Assembly: GCA_030770535.1 (NCBI GenBank)
Contig: JASVEC010000001.1
Span: forward strand, 744,001 to 808,000
DNA from: Batkoa obscura
Taxonomy: Eukaryota
Length of the DNA stretch: 64,000 nt
Direction of reading: 5' to 3'
The notes beneath the pieces are model-generated. The model had not been told where the DNA came from. It did not search any database and saw only the letters and a list, made by a program, of their open reading frames with translations. Each line of letters starts with the position of its first letter. The first letter of the stretch is position 1. Below, in pieces: positions 25,348 through 37,105 of this stretch. Made by a program: the position numbers and the translations under genes.

Positions 25348-28186
25348 TTTAAAAAATGATCACTGGTGTGCTTTATTGTTTCCTTTCATACCTGGCTTTC
25401 CAAAATCGCATTTTCAATCCCTTAAAACTTACTCTATTTTCCGCTTTATATAATTTAGCTTTTTTTAAACAAAGGTAAAGCCGTCAACTACATATGAAAT
25501 AGAAAATCCTCACTTTTTAATAAAAGCTTTATATATCTATTGAAAAGTCGAATTGATAAATTATAAAACCTTTAGAGTCCAATACTACATCTTTAATTAA
25601 AACTACTGTTTGTAAATCATCAACTCCCTCCTTTAGTACAAAAAGCAAACAACTCCATTTTTATTTAATTCCATCAGTTTTCATTAAATTTTTGATCATC
25701 CTTTACATCAAAAACCATACAGATGAGTCATTGATTAATATTAAAATTTATAGTTATTTATTTAATAAATTTCTTAAAACAACTGTAATTATCCTATCGC
25801 TTAAAATTGAAAGCTAAATTCTGGACTACCTCCTGTGAATAGCATGTTTATATCATTGTAAATATATACCCAGTAGAACTTGAAGCAGATGTTTTTTTTG
25901 TTTTTTTAATTATCAACACATCCTGCTATTTTTAGTTTCCTTCATATCACAAAGCACTCAATGCGCCCAAATCCCTATCTTCCAGAGACATATTTCCGTA
26001 CCATCTCCGGCTTTTCCAAACCCTTTTTAATGAGCTAACAGTTGAAGCTATTTTTACCATATTACATAAAATTTGATTTTTTAACTTTAGATGGTTGGAG
26101 AATTGGAAGAAGTCATTCAATTTATTTTTAAATGTAGAATTACAGCAACACTCTCTTGATATTAGAGTATTTGTTATAAAACGAAATGGTTTTTTACTGC
26201 TGTTTTTTATGGGTACTAAGTGAATGAAGTTGGCGCTATTTGATGTATTCATTAAAGGGTAGAAAGTGCTGTGGTCGTCGATTTTTTTGGTTTTGTTGTC
26301 AAAAGTTTATTTTTTAGTATGAGATTAGATTATTTAGAGCTTAATAAGTTATAATTAAGATTTAAATAATCTATGAATAATTTAAAGAGCATTTTCTATA
26401 ATTAAATAATATTTGACATATGTATAAAATAGAAGGTAAAGTAATAAGATTTATTAAAACTTTATAGTTAAATAAAACAAAGTAACTTATTGTCGTAATT
26501 TTCTAACAACATAATACTTAAAAAAAGTCAGACAACGCTTCTCAAAGCCTTATCTATGATATTATAATATTGAATTAAAGCTGGCTATTTTTAATATTTT
26601 TGATTATGCATCTATATATAGGATTTTCTCATATTATGACAGTTTTTGCAGTGAAAAAAACGGAAGTTATTGACTATAATAGAAATTGTAATTTTTGTTA
26701 TTTTCAACAAAGGATCAATTTTATGTGGCATAAAACGAAAATAAAAATTTTATAAAATATAAAAGCACTTACTTATTTTAATAATCTATTATTTAGCTTT
26801 AATCCTTTTATAAACCGATTAATCCGCTTACTTCACAGTAACCAAAAATAAAATGGTGGTTGCTTTTTGTTGGTATAAAATACTAAATCAAAGGATTAAA
26901 ATCTAACGCTACAATGGGAAACCTATTATAGTTTCTAGTCTAACCAGTGTTTTTTCGATTAGAATTATATTTTCTCTGAAAACAACAGTTAGTTTGCAAA
27001 AAGCAGTTTTTACGGTTGCAATCTGTTACCCTGGCCGTAAAAACACTCGAATTTCGCACTACAGCATACAGGAAAACCTTATAGTTAATCTGATTTAAAA
27101 AATAACTTTAAAAGAAATAAGAGATTGAAGCTTAGAAATATAAAAGTTAGTACGTGAAGGATGCTTTTTAATAGCAGAACTACCAAGCCTCAATTCAGGT
27201 TGTAAATTTTATAATACTAATTATTATAATATCAAAACAGTTAGGTTTCATTTGAAAAATTTATAAACATAATTTTAAAAAACGCTTATGAAATATCTTT
27301 AATAAAAATAAAACTTTGGATAATAAAATTTATATGGTTTTTTATAGTTATATTTATTTTTTAATCAGTTTCTATATTATTTAAAATAACTTTAAAATTT
27401 ACATCAAAAATAGCATGTACCAAATTACTATGTTTTATTTAATCTTTATAATCTTATTTCTGCCAATACATTGTATAAAAAAACATTTAATATTTAAATT
27501 AAAAATAAATTGGTACAAGGAATTAAATATAATGTTTTAATAAACAGTATTTTAACTTTTAACTTTTGTTTAGCATTCATTTTTGGCCCTACATTCTATC
27601 CTCTTTTAGCCTGCTATCGCCACCTCTTCGCTTATGTCACCTTTTTTTAGCGTCATTTCAGCCCTTACGTCACTATCTTTCATTTCTGAATCCCGTCCCC
27701 CTGATTAGCATTTGGATCATACATAAAAGTTTTACTGCTTTGCAGTTTGACCCATCCAGAGATTTTCTTTGAATTTAACCCCATCTCTAATTTCATTCAT
27801 TGGGAAGCTTTCTGGAGAACAGAGGTGAAATGGGTATTATTTTGCCTATCTGTTCCTTTTAAGGGTAAAAATTTGTTGAATTTAATTCATATCTTATCAG
27901 ACTGTTACTTCTAAATAGTTAAATCCTTCAAGTTCACTGAGTTTAATATTTATGATTTTCATTTTAGTTTATAAGATATTTGAAGCTGCCACTTCTCAAA
28001 GTGAGAAAACTTTTATTTAGAATAATGTTTATTTTCAATACCCTCGAATTACAAAGATCGATACTTTATGTCAATAGTTTAATGCTTAATGTTGTATCAA
28101 TTCTTGAGTTTCCAAACACTACTGCATGTACAAAGAACATTTCTATTAAGAATAAAATAATCTACAACATTAATGAATTCTATATA

Positions 28187-28286
28187 TGGTGTGTTTTTTT
28201 TGGCTTCATCACTTTTTCCATCTTTTAAGCGCTATTTGAGCAGAAAGATTATTAGTAAAATTCTTAAACACAAAAATACATCCTCA
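28187..28286 (-). mobile_element. MITE family A copy
   Basis: Reverse-complement match to the ~100-bp consensus TGGGGATGTATTTTT..TTAAGAATTTTACTAACAA..CTCAAATAGCGCTTAAAAA..GGAAAAAGTGATGAA.CCAAAAAAACAYCCCCA; TA flanks. Confidence 0.85.
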
Positions 28287-29690
28287 TATATTCTAAACCC
28301 TATTTACTTTATTCTAGATATTTTCCCAAATAGACATTTTTAAATACCAGCTTAAACTTTGGATTCAAGTTTTAACTTTTTTATTATTATGCATGTACAA
28401 TTAAAAAAATTACTTTGTTAAATATATACTTAACCATGTTTTTTATATTAATAATAATAATAATAAAATCTATTCAAATGAAACTAATTAATTCTATAAG
28501 TTGTTTTTTGGGATAAACTTACTTTTTGGATTATTAATTTAAATAACTTGAGGGTATTCGGTGGCTTTTTTTATAAAAGAGGTTAGTTTAATTTTTATAT
28601 TAAATTATTCTTACAGATATAATTTTTTTTTACATTATAATGATGGTTACTATCCCTAATACAATAGTTTCATTAACAATCCGTGATATTATAAAAATTA
28701 TATATTTATATATTTCTTATAATATATTATTATAGCCCTTTGCTGTTGAAATTCAAATGACAATTGGTGAAGTTCAATGTAATAAGATTATATTTATATT
28801 AGAGTTCAAACTATTTAACTTGATTGGGATTTTGGGGAATTAATGTAGGAATTGTTCTATATTCAATTAACTTGCCATTTATTTCAATGTTCTCATTTAG
28901 GTAACTTTTTATAATGTTCATATTTATAGATTGACAATATCATAATATTTATTATTCATTTACATTTGTCTTTTTAGAATTACTTTACCATTGTTTACTT
29001 TACAATTTGGTCATATAAACTTGTATTCAAACTTTTATTTTAATCATATTATTTAATAGAAAATAAATCCAGAAATTTTTGATTGTATGAAATAATAGAA
29101 TTTTATCCATTAGCAAGCAACATGTATTAGTAAAAATTATAGCTTTGTTTAATACTATTTTATATAATTTTCAAACTTGAAAACTCCAATTTATTCCTTA
29201 AGTTTAATTTTGATTGGAAATAATAAAGTAACAAAAATAAATATAGACTATCCCCTATTTTAGGGTTATGTTCAAACATTAATTAAGCCAATATAGTTAA
29301 GCCAATAATATAATTAAGCAGCATTGCACAGCCATTAAAGAGCCATAAAATCTATAAACTAGAGACAAATTAAGTTTTCAAATATAAACAATGTTCATCT
29401 ATATTTTTAAAGTTCTTTTATTTATACTAAATAAACATATGTGCCTTATATACTTTATATTAATTATGATTAAACGCGAGGTTTATTATATTTTACTCGT
29501 TTAGTGAATTTAGCCTTTTTTTTTAATTTTACACACTCTACTTGCCAGAACATTTAGTTTGTTCTTTAAAAATAGATTTCCTGCTTATTCGAAATCTATC
29601 TAAATTAAGTAATTGTTTTTTCAAAACTTGATTAGATTATAAATACCCTTGCTTTGTTATTTTTTTCTAATTTTTATTCATTATTAAAAA

Positions 29691-31757
29691 ATGGCTTCCA
29701 ACGAAAAAAGCTACGTTGATGACGCCTTTATAAGTGAAAAGGATGATGGGTATATCAATGAAAAGGATGACACTAGGTATGAAATTCAAAACATTGATGA
29801 CCGTGGCGTTCCAGAAGATATAGTAGATTATCAATTCACATTCCGTTCTATTGCTGTTGGTACTCTTTTAGGCTGTATCCTTGGTGCAAGTAATATATAT
29901 ATGGGTTTAAAAGCCGGATGGCAATTTTTAGGATCTTTTTTTGGTTCAATTGCTGGTTTTGGTATTGTTCAATTAATATCTCATTTACCACTTTATCTTG
30001 GCGGAGGCCCACTTGGTGTCAGAGAAACCTGTACAATACAAACAGCTGCTACTGCAACTGCTGGGCTAACGGCCGTTTTCTCTTCGGTTATCCCAGCTGC
30101 ATATCGATTAGGGCTACTTCCACCACTTCATCTCTCATGGGGATTATTAATTTGCTGGCTTATTCCAGCTTCATTTTATGGCATGTTTTTTGCTATTCCT
30201 TTAAGGACCACTTTTATTTTGAAACAGAAACTTCCTTTTCCAGGACCGGCCGCAGTGTCTCAAGTGATCAAGAATCTTCATAAAAAATCAAGTGGCAACG
30301 CTTCCAAACAACTTTGGTATATGATGGTTCCATTTGCCGGCTCTTTACTTTATCGTGTATTTACTTTTTTCATTCCCTTTTTATGGGATCTTCATTTCTT
30401 TTATTGGGTTGGGTCAGCCGCTAATAATGCTAGTGTGATAGATGTGGATGCTATCTGGGGGTGGAGAGCACAGGTCACTCCTGCGTTTTTTGGTTGTGGA
30501 ATGATGGTTGGATTAAATACCTCATTTTCTTTCCTTGGTGGAGCTTTGCTTGCTTGGGGCATAATAGGGCCTTGTGTTTTTTACCTAACAGATATTGTTG
30601 GAAAGAGTTTAGTTATTGCTGAGAATCCCACTGGTACTTCTATCGTACAATGGAATCTTTGGATTGGTATCATAATGATGCTTACATACAGTTTCACTGA
30701 ATTAATAGTTAACTACGATACTGTTTTCACTGGATTCAAAAGCCCATTGATTTCTTTAAAGAATTACTATTATAGACGCTTTTCTCCATCAAATGTACAA
30801 AATGTAGAACATGAAGGTCACGATGACCCTGCACCACCAAATGAACAAGTTCCAACTTGGATGTGGGTTGTTGGTCTTATAACCTCCTTAATAGTAAACA
30901 TTTTGGTAAATCATTTCTATTTAAATATTGGCACTGGTAAAACTATCTTATGTGCCATCTTAAGTTTCTTACTTTCCTATGTCGGGACTTTGATTGCAGC
31001 ACAAACAAATATAAATTCAGGTGCTGCTATATCTAAAATAGTTCAAATTATATTTTCAGTCATTCCATCTGCTGATGTTAACATGGCACTATCAAGCAGT
31101 TTAATGCTTACTGGTTATAGTACTCAAACAACGTTACAAGCTTCGGAAATGGTCGGAGATTTAAAAACTGGACATGACGTAGGTGCTGCACCAAAATATC
31201 AATTTTATGCTCAAGTTTTAGCAACTATCCCTGGGATTTTTGTTGCTGTAGCTATCTTTCAATTGTTTGCCGCTGGATATCCTTGTATTTTAAGTAAGAC
31301 TCTTGATCCACTTTGTCCTTTCCCTGCCCCTGGTGCAACATCGTTTCAAAATCTTGCATTGCTACTTACTAGCGGAGCAGATAAATTATTCCCACCATCA
31401 TGTCGTATTGCTTGTATAGTAATGGGATGTGTTAGTATTATAGGTGCTTTATTAAAAAGCAAATTTTTGAAAAAATACAGTAATTATATACCTAACTTTG
31501 GGGTTATGGGCTTGGCCTTCTGTGTTCCTCAACCAGCTGTTCCTATTACGCTTTCCATAGGTGCTATATTTGGATATTTCTGGAATAAACGTAACCCAGA
31601 GAGTCATAATCTTTTAATGATGTCAATTGCAGCAGGAATGATAGGTGGAGAAGGAATCGGTGGATTAATAACAGCTATACTAACCATTGCTGGAGTCGAC
31701 CAAGGTAAATATGCTGTAGGGTTCGGATGTCCCGATAATAATCCAAAAAGATGTTAA
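29691..31757 (+). CDS. OPT superfamily oligopeptide/metal-chelate transporter (YSL-like clade)
   Basis: FTFRSIAVG, SNIYMGLKAGW, ETCTIQTAATA, LPFPGPAA, DLKTGH.VGAAPKYQFYAQ, GMIGGEGI. Many TM segments; intronless. Confidence 0.88.
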   Translation: MASNEKSYVDDAFISEKDDGYINEKDDTRYEIQNIDDRGVPEDIVDYQFTFRSIAVGTLLGCILGASNIYMGLKAGWQFLGSFFGSIAGFGIVQLISHLPLYLGGGPLGVRETCTIQTAATATAGLTAVFSSVIPAAYRLGLLPPLHLSWGLLICWLIPASFYGMFFAIPLRTTFILKQKLPFPGPAAVSQVIKNLHKKSSGNASKQLWYMMVPFAGSLLYRVFTFFIPFLWDLHFFYWVGSAANNASVIDVDAIWGWRAQVTPAFFGCGMMVGLNTSFSFLGGALLAWGIIGPCVFYLTDIVGKSLVIAENPTGTSIVQWNLWIGIIMMLTYSFTELIVNYDTVFTGFKSPLISLKNYYYRRFSPSNVQNVEHEGHDDPAPPNEQVPTWMWVVGLITSLIVNILVNHFYLNIGTGKTILCAILSFLLSYVGTLIAAQTNINSGAAISKIVQIIFSVIPSADVNMALSSSLMLTGYSTQTTLQASEMVGDLKTGHDVGAAPKYQFYAQVLATIPGIFVAVAIFQLFAAGYPCILSKTLDPLCPFPAPGATSFQNLALLLTSGADKLFPPSCRIACIVMGCVSIIGALLKSKFLKKYSNYIPNFGVMGLAFCVPQPAVPITLSIGAIFGYFWNKRNPESHNLLMMSIAAGMIGGEGIGGLITAILTIAGVDQGKYAVGFGCPDNNPKRC

Positions 31758-32220
31758 TTTGATGGAATAATTCATTTATTATTTGTTCCTTAATTGCTTT
31801 GTACTCTTTTTACTACCTGTTTTTGATATACTGTTAAAGTTGAATAGGTCATATAGTCTACGTATTTCAATTTCAATAATAAAATTTTTTACTTTTTAAA
31901 CTTTAAATTATAAAATTTTTTAATTTCACTTTTTGTCCATTTCCTATTTAGTGCAATTTTTTAAAAAGTTATTAAGTAAAGCTGGATAAAAAAATGTTCC
32001 AATATGAGTTATTTTAATTAAGCAAAGGTAAATATTTTTGTAGAATGGTGTTTAATTTGTGATTTTTCTAAAAATCAGAATTAGACAAAATTTGAACTGA
32101 ACTTTTAAACTAACTCATATACTTGTACTAACATTTTGTCAAAAACAATTTATGTTTTAATAGCAATTTTTTTAATGATTTTTTAAACTTTATTCCTTGA
32201 AATGTGAACAACTTATTGAG

Positions 32221-32355
32221 TTAACAGATTTGATAAAGCGGAAAAATGTGATAGCGCAAATATTTGGCCAATTACTATCAGCTATAAAAAAATCGCCCTA
32301 ATTGGGCAAATATCCCGCATCATCGCACTTTTCCGCTCTATCAAATCCACATTAA
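32221..32355. mobile_element. fold-back (hairpin) element with ~50-bp arms
   Basis: GATTTGATAAAGCGGAAAAATGTGAT...TATTTGGCCAATTA pairs with TAATTGGGCAAATA...ATCGCACTTTTCCGCTCTATCAAATC; TTAA near both ends. Confidence 0.7.
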
Positions 32356-33354
32356 AGGAATATTCTCAATTTTTGATATTAATTTGCTTTTAAAAATGAA
32401 TGATTTTGATCAAAAATTAGCTTAAATTTAATCAAAAAATTTAATCTTCAACAAAAAATATAAACTATTAGAGTGTTTTTATTCAGTAATGAAATGAATG
32501 TTTCAACATTAAACTTGGTGGTTTTTTGCTATTTTTAGTAAATTTTTAAATATACTGCTATTACCATTTAACAAAAACATGCTGGAAACAAATGTAAAAG
32601 TAATATACTGTAAATTTATCAAAAATAACACAAATTAGTAAAAATACTGATAAATTATACCTTTTGTAAATAACGTGCTTAGATTAAAATTATTTTTACA
32701 GATTTCTATCAATATTTATTACCTCAATGTAAAATTATTTATATCGTTAGCAATGATAAAAATAAAGAGTAAATTAAAGAATATACAAAATTATCAAAAA
32801 TATCATTAATGAAATTAACAAATTGATAATACTTTTTATACTATATTATATTTAAATAGTTATCAAGCATTAAATATAAAATTTTCATCTTGATTTTATA
32901 AAACCAGTTCAACTAGATAAAACGGGTGTTATTGTTTATAGGTTTAATTCACAATATTCAAAACCAGTAAAACAAGAGACTAGAAGAAACTTGAATATTA
33001 GGCCTAAACCAACCCATCCATAACACTATTTTAAGTCTTGAAGACGTAGATATCTAGGTTTGATTTTTGAAAACCATCTATAAATCTCAATTTAATTAGT
33101 TCATTACACAATTATAAGTTTTAAATATAATTATGAGCATTAAATAATCAAATTAATTCATATATTTTCTGTTTAAGTGATGACATGATTTCTAAAAATA
33201 AGAATAAAAGTGAGTAGCATAAGGTTTTACAATCATAAGCAGATATGCTAATTTTTAGTATAAAAAGGGACCAAAATAAATAAATTAAACTCACTTTAAT
33301 AACTATCAATATCAAACATAAATAATTATTGAGATTTAGCTAAACTATTTTTAA

Positions 33355-34848
33355 ATGGATTTGGACAATAAAAAACAAGACGATATACCTTTTACTGAAC
33401 AATATAAAGAAGTTCCCGTTGGTAGGCCAGGTCCTGTTCCTAAAGCTGCATGGTTTATTATAGTTTGTGAATTATGTGAAAGATTCTCATTTTATGGCGC
33501 TTCTCTATTATTCGTTCCTTATCTATTAGATAGATTAGGTCAATCCAAGTCTTCAGCCACTGCTATAAATTCCGCCTTTTTATTTTTTGCTTACTTTACT
33601 ACCATCGTTGGTGCTATCCTTGCAGATACTTATTGGGGTAAATTTAAAACTATCTTATTCTTTTCAGTTGCTTATCTACTTGGATTAATACTACTCTCAG
33701 TTTCCTCTATCCCTGCCTCAATTGACTCCGGTTTTGGATTAACCGGATTCTGTCTAGCTACCTTTTTATTTATTGCTTGGGGTACTGGTGGAATCAAATC
33801 AAATGTATCCGCTTTTGCAGCTGAACAAGTACCTCTAAACGGTGCTTATGATTATAATTTAACTGTAGAAAGAGTTTTTCGATTCTTCTATTGGGCTATT
33901 AACGCAGGTGCTTTCTTTGGTATGTTAATTTGCCCTATACTTGTAAATAATTTGAACAGTCCACCCGGTGGTTTTGGGTTACCCGCGGCTGTGTTTTTTA
34001 TTGGAATCTTCCTTTTTATCTTTGGCCGTAAATTCTATGTTGAAAATGAAGTAAAAGAAAATCCTATTTTAAAAGCATTAAAGTGTATCAAATATGCTTT
34101 ATCTCACCGTAGTCATTCAAATGAGCATTGGTTGGACGGTGCTTATACTAATCCAAAATACGATATAGAATATGTCGATGGTTTAAAACGTACAATTAAA
34201 GGTTGTAAAGTATTTTTATTTTACATATTGTATTGGGCACTTTATAATAACATGTCAAGTGCATTTATTATCCAAGGTGTGAATATGTCTCGTCCTTCAT
34301 GGCTTGGTGCTGAACAATTAAATTTGGTTAATTCGTTAGTTTTAATTATATTTTTGCCAGTATTTGATTATTGGGTTTTTCCATTTTTAAGATCCAAAGG
34401 CTTTAAGTTAGGCTTGATCACTCGTATTACTATTGGATTTGCCATATGTACTGTTGCATTTATATATGTAACTGTTCTTCAACATGTATTATATAATACT
34501 GCCCCATACTATGATTTTTCTAATGTAGTAATTAAAGAGGGAGAATCCTATCCTACTAACAATCTATCTATCTGGTGGCAAATACCAGCATACTTTTTAA
34601 TCGCTATTTCTGAAATCTTTGCTTCAGCCACTGGTTTAGAGTACGCCTTTAAATATGCTTCATCCGAGTTAAAATCCGTTGTATTAGCACTCTTCTTACT
34701 CACTAACTGTGGTGGTAGTTTGATTATCCTTATACTTTCTATTTGGTCTTATGACCCTCTTTATACTATTTTATTCGCTAGCCAAACTGCTGCTATGGGG
34801 GTATTTACAATAATTTTTTATTTCTTATTCAGAAAACAAGATGATTAG
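33355..34848 (+). CDS. PTR2: proton-dependent di/tripeptide transporter (POT/PTR2 family)
   Basis: ELCERFSFYG (ExxERF motif), GAILADTYWGKFKTI, GTGGIKSNV, FYWAINAGA, ISEIFASATGLEYAF. Intronless. Confidence 0.9.
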   Translation: MDLDNKKQDDIPFTEQYKEVPVGRPGPVPKAAWFIIVCELCERFSFYGASLLFVPYLLDRLGQSKSSATAINSAFLFFAYFTTIVGAILADTYWGKFKTILFFSVAYLLGLILLSVSSIPASIDSGFGLTGFCLATFLFIAWGTGGIKSNVSAFAAEQVPLNGAYDYNLTVERVFRFFYWAINAGAFFGMLICPILVNNLNSPPGGFGLPAAVFFIGIFLFIFGRKFYVENEVKENPILKALKCIKYALSHRSHSNEHWLDGAYTNPKYDIEYVDGLKRTIKGCKVFLFYILYWALYNNMSSAFIIQGVNMSRPSWLGAEQLNLVNSLVLIIFLPVFDYWVFPFLRSKGFKLGLITRITIGFAICTVAFIYVTVLQHVLYNTAPYYDFSNVVIKEGESYPTNNLSIWWQIPAYFLIAISEIFASATGLEYAFKYASSELKSVVLALFLLTNCGGSLIILILSIWSYDPLYTILFASQTAAMGVFTIIFYFLFRKQDD

Positions 34849-35789
34849 TTTTCATGTACAAATTCTAACATAACCCTAATAAAATAGATAAACAATATTC
34901 CTAATGTGTTTGATTTTAGTTGTAAAAATTACATTAAATGAATTAGCTATGATTTAAGTTTTACGATTTCTATCATATAGAAATAAATATTATGGATTGT
35001 AAACTGTAACTTCTGAAAACATTAAATAATTTTAGAAACAAGTATAATGAAACTATAATAATGAAACTATAATAATGTTTAATGGTGGTTGTGAGTTTAT
35101 ATATGTCAATAAATGGAGTTGTGTATAGTAGTACTTTTACAAATTTATACTCTTGCGAATATTTCACAAAACATCTGCTGAAAATATACCAAATGGCCTA
35201 ATTTCCGTGAATTCATGAATCTTCTGTAGATAATTTGAGCAAGAATTAAATAAGAGGATAAATTTCCGTCTATTTTCACCTCTTTTTACTTCAATATTAT
35301 AATGAAAACATTCATAATTTTTTGTAAATTATATTCAAAAGCTTACTCTATTTTTATATTAGAATCCTATCATTTTGAATACAACTGTATTGATAGTTAT
35401 CCAAGTGTAAGCCTTATGCAAGCTTTATACAACAAAATAAATTGCTAATTTCATATCCAAACCAATTCACACCAACTTTATAATATGAAATGACTTTTTT
35501 TTACTATTAAATGAGTTCAATAATAAATGGAAGTTAAGTAAAAAAGTATAATCATATGGAATTAATGACTTTATTTATACATTTATACAAGGAAGTTTAA
35601 AAGTAGTTGGAATTTAAATATTTTTCGAATTTATTTAAATTGAATTGTTTAAAATTTATATGAATGAGTTAACACAGAAGAAACTGATGATCTATAAAAT
35701 TTGCTTGACAAACTTTTGAAACATATCGAAACCGGAAAAAAGTTGAACCTTGGGTTTGAATAAATCCGTGTTTAAAACCAATTATTAAA

Positions 35790-35890
35790 TAGGGATGTTT
35801 TTTTTGGTTTCATCACTTTTTCCATTTTTTAAGCGCTACTTGAGCGGAAAGATTGTTAGTAAAATTCTTGAACAAAAAAATACATCCCCA
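35790..35890 (-). mobile_element. MITE family A copy
   Basis: Matches the family A consensus; AA on both flanks. Confidence 0.85.
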
Positions 35891-36526
35891 AATGATACTT
35901 TATTTTATCAAATACTACCTATTAAACAAAGGTATAGTGTAACCAAGCTACTTGTATGGATTGAACTCATATATACTTAAGTTTGCTACATACTTATTCA
36001 TTATACGAAAATATTTTGAATTTTATTTTTAGATTAAAATTAATAAGCAAAATTATTTATATTTTGATAGAATAAAAATAGAACAGCAGTATTAAATAGC
36101 TGAGGAAGGCAGTATTGAATTTGAATAATATTAGCAAAGTATATTAATTATTCTTCTATAAAGATTTTGAGAAGAAAATTTTTGGCCCTCATCCCAATAA
36201 ATAAAGAAATTCTATCACAGCATTCAACTATCGGATCTTTTCCAAGGGATTCCCGAATTCCGAGCTTTCATAGAAAATGGTTGATGTAAAAAGCAATAAA
36301 AAAAGAGAATAAAACTTATAATATTTTTTATTATGGATACTTACACTTTTTTAAATACTATAAAAATAGAATGTTATCAATAGCACAAGATATAAATAAA
36401 AGCAAAGTATATTATAAACTAAATGATATACTAACTACTTTTAGCTAATATAATTCTAGTTAATCTTGGTTTTTTTTGCCACAGCTAAAATATTTTAAAA
36501 TTATCAGACAAGTTCTTAACTAAATA

Positions 36527-36692
36527 TATCACTGTTACAGCTCTTTTGCGATCTACTTAGCAGCCTATTTTAGAAAAAACTCACTGAAAACTCGTCAACA
36601 TATGAATTATCCTTTAAAAAGATCAGCTACGCAAATAATTTAATTATAAGAATTAGCGCTAAAAAAGTCACAAAAGAGTTGTAGCAGCTTTA
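36527..36692. mobile_element. MITE with family-B-like TIRs
   Basis: CTGTTACAGCTCTTTTGCGA ... TCACAAAAGAGTTGTAGCAG inverted pair. The right end shares AGAGTTGTAGCAGCT with the element at 23029-23191. Confidence 0.55.
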
Positions 36693-37105
36693 GGCTAATT
36701 TAAAGAAACTTGCAATTTAAACTTTATAAAAAGCTGCAAACATTAAGAATAAAATATGAGTAAAGATCTTTGGGGATCTTTTAAAAGGTGAATTTAATTG
36801 AATTTATTCTTTAATTGGATTTAGTTTTCCCAATTTTATTTGACTTTAGCATTCCCTCCGATTTATCAGGGGAGTTCCAGCCTGTAATGATTTCATTATT
36901 AATTTTTAATAGTTAAATCCCAGAAAAAAGCATGGATTAGTAATTAGGACTGTTTAACGAGTTGTGTTTTGCCTTCGGCAAAAGTTGAATCAAAAAATTC
37001 CATTAAAATTCTTAAAGCTAAATTTAGCAATGTTTAATAAATGTTGGAGTATAAAAAGAAGGTAAATGAATTTAAAATAGCATCATTCTTAATTATTAAT
37101 TTAAT

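Noticed and set aside
25947..26252. 101-aa minus-strand ORF as a gene
   Set aside because: No recognisable motif, signal or splice context; kept only as a possible relic.
35795..35980. 61-aa ORF (similarly the end of 27980-28228)
   Set aside because: It reads through a family A MITE and has no protein features.
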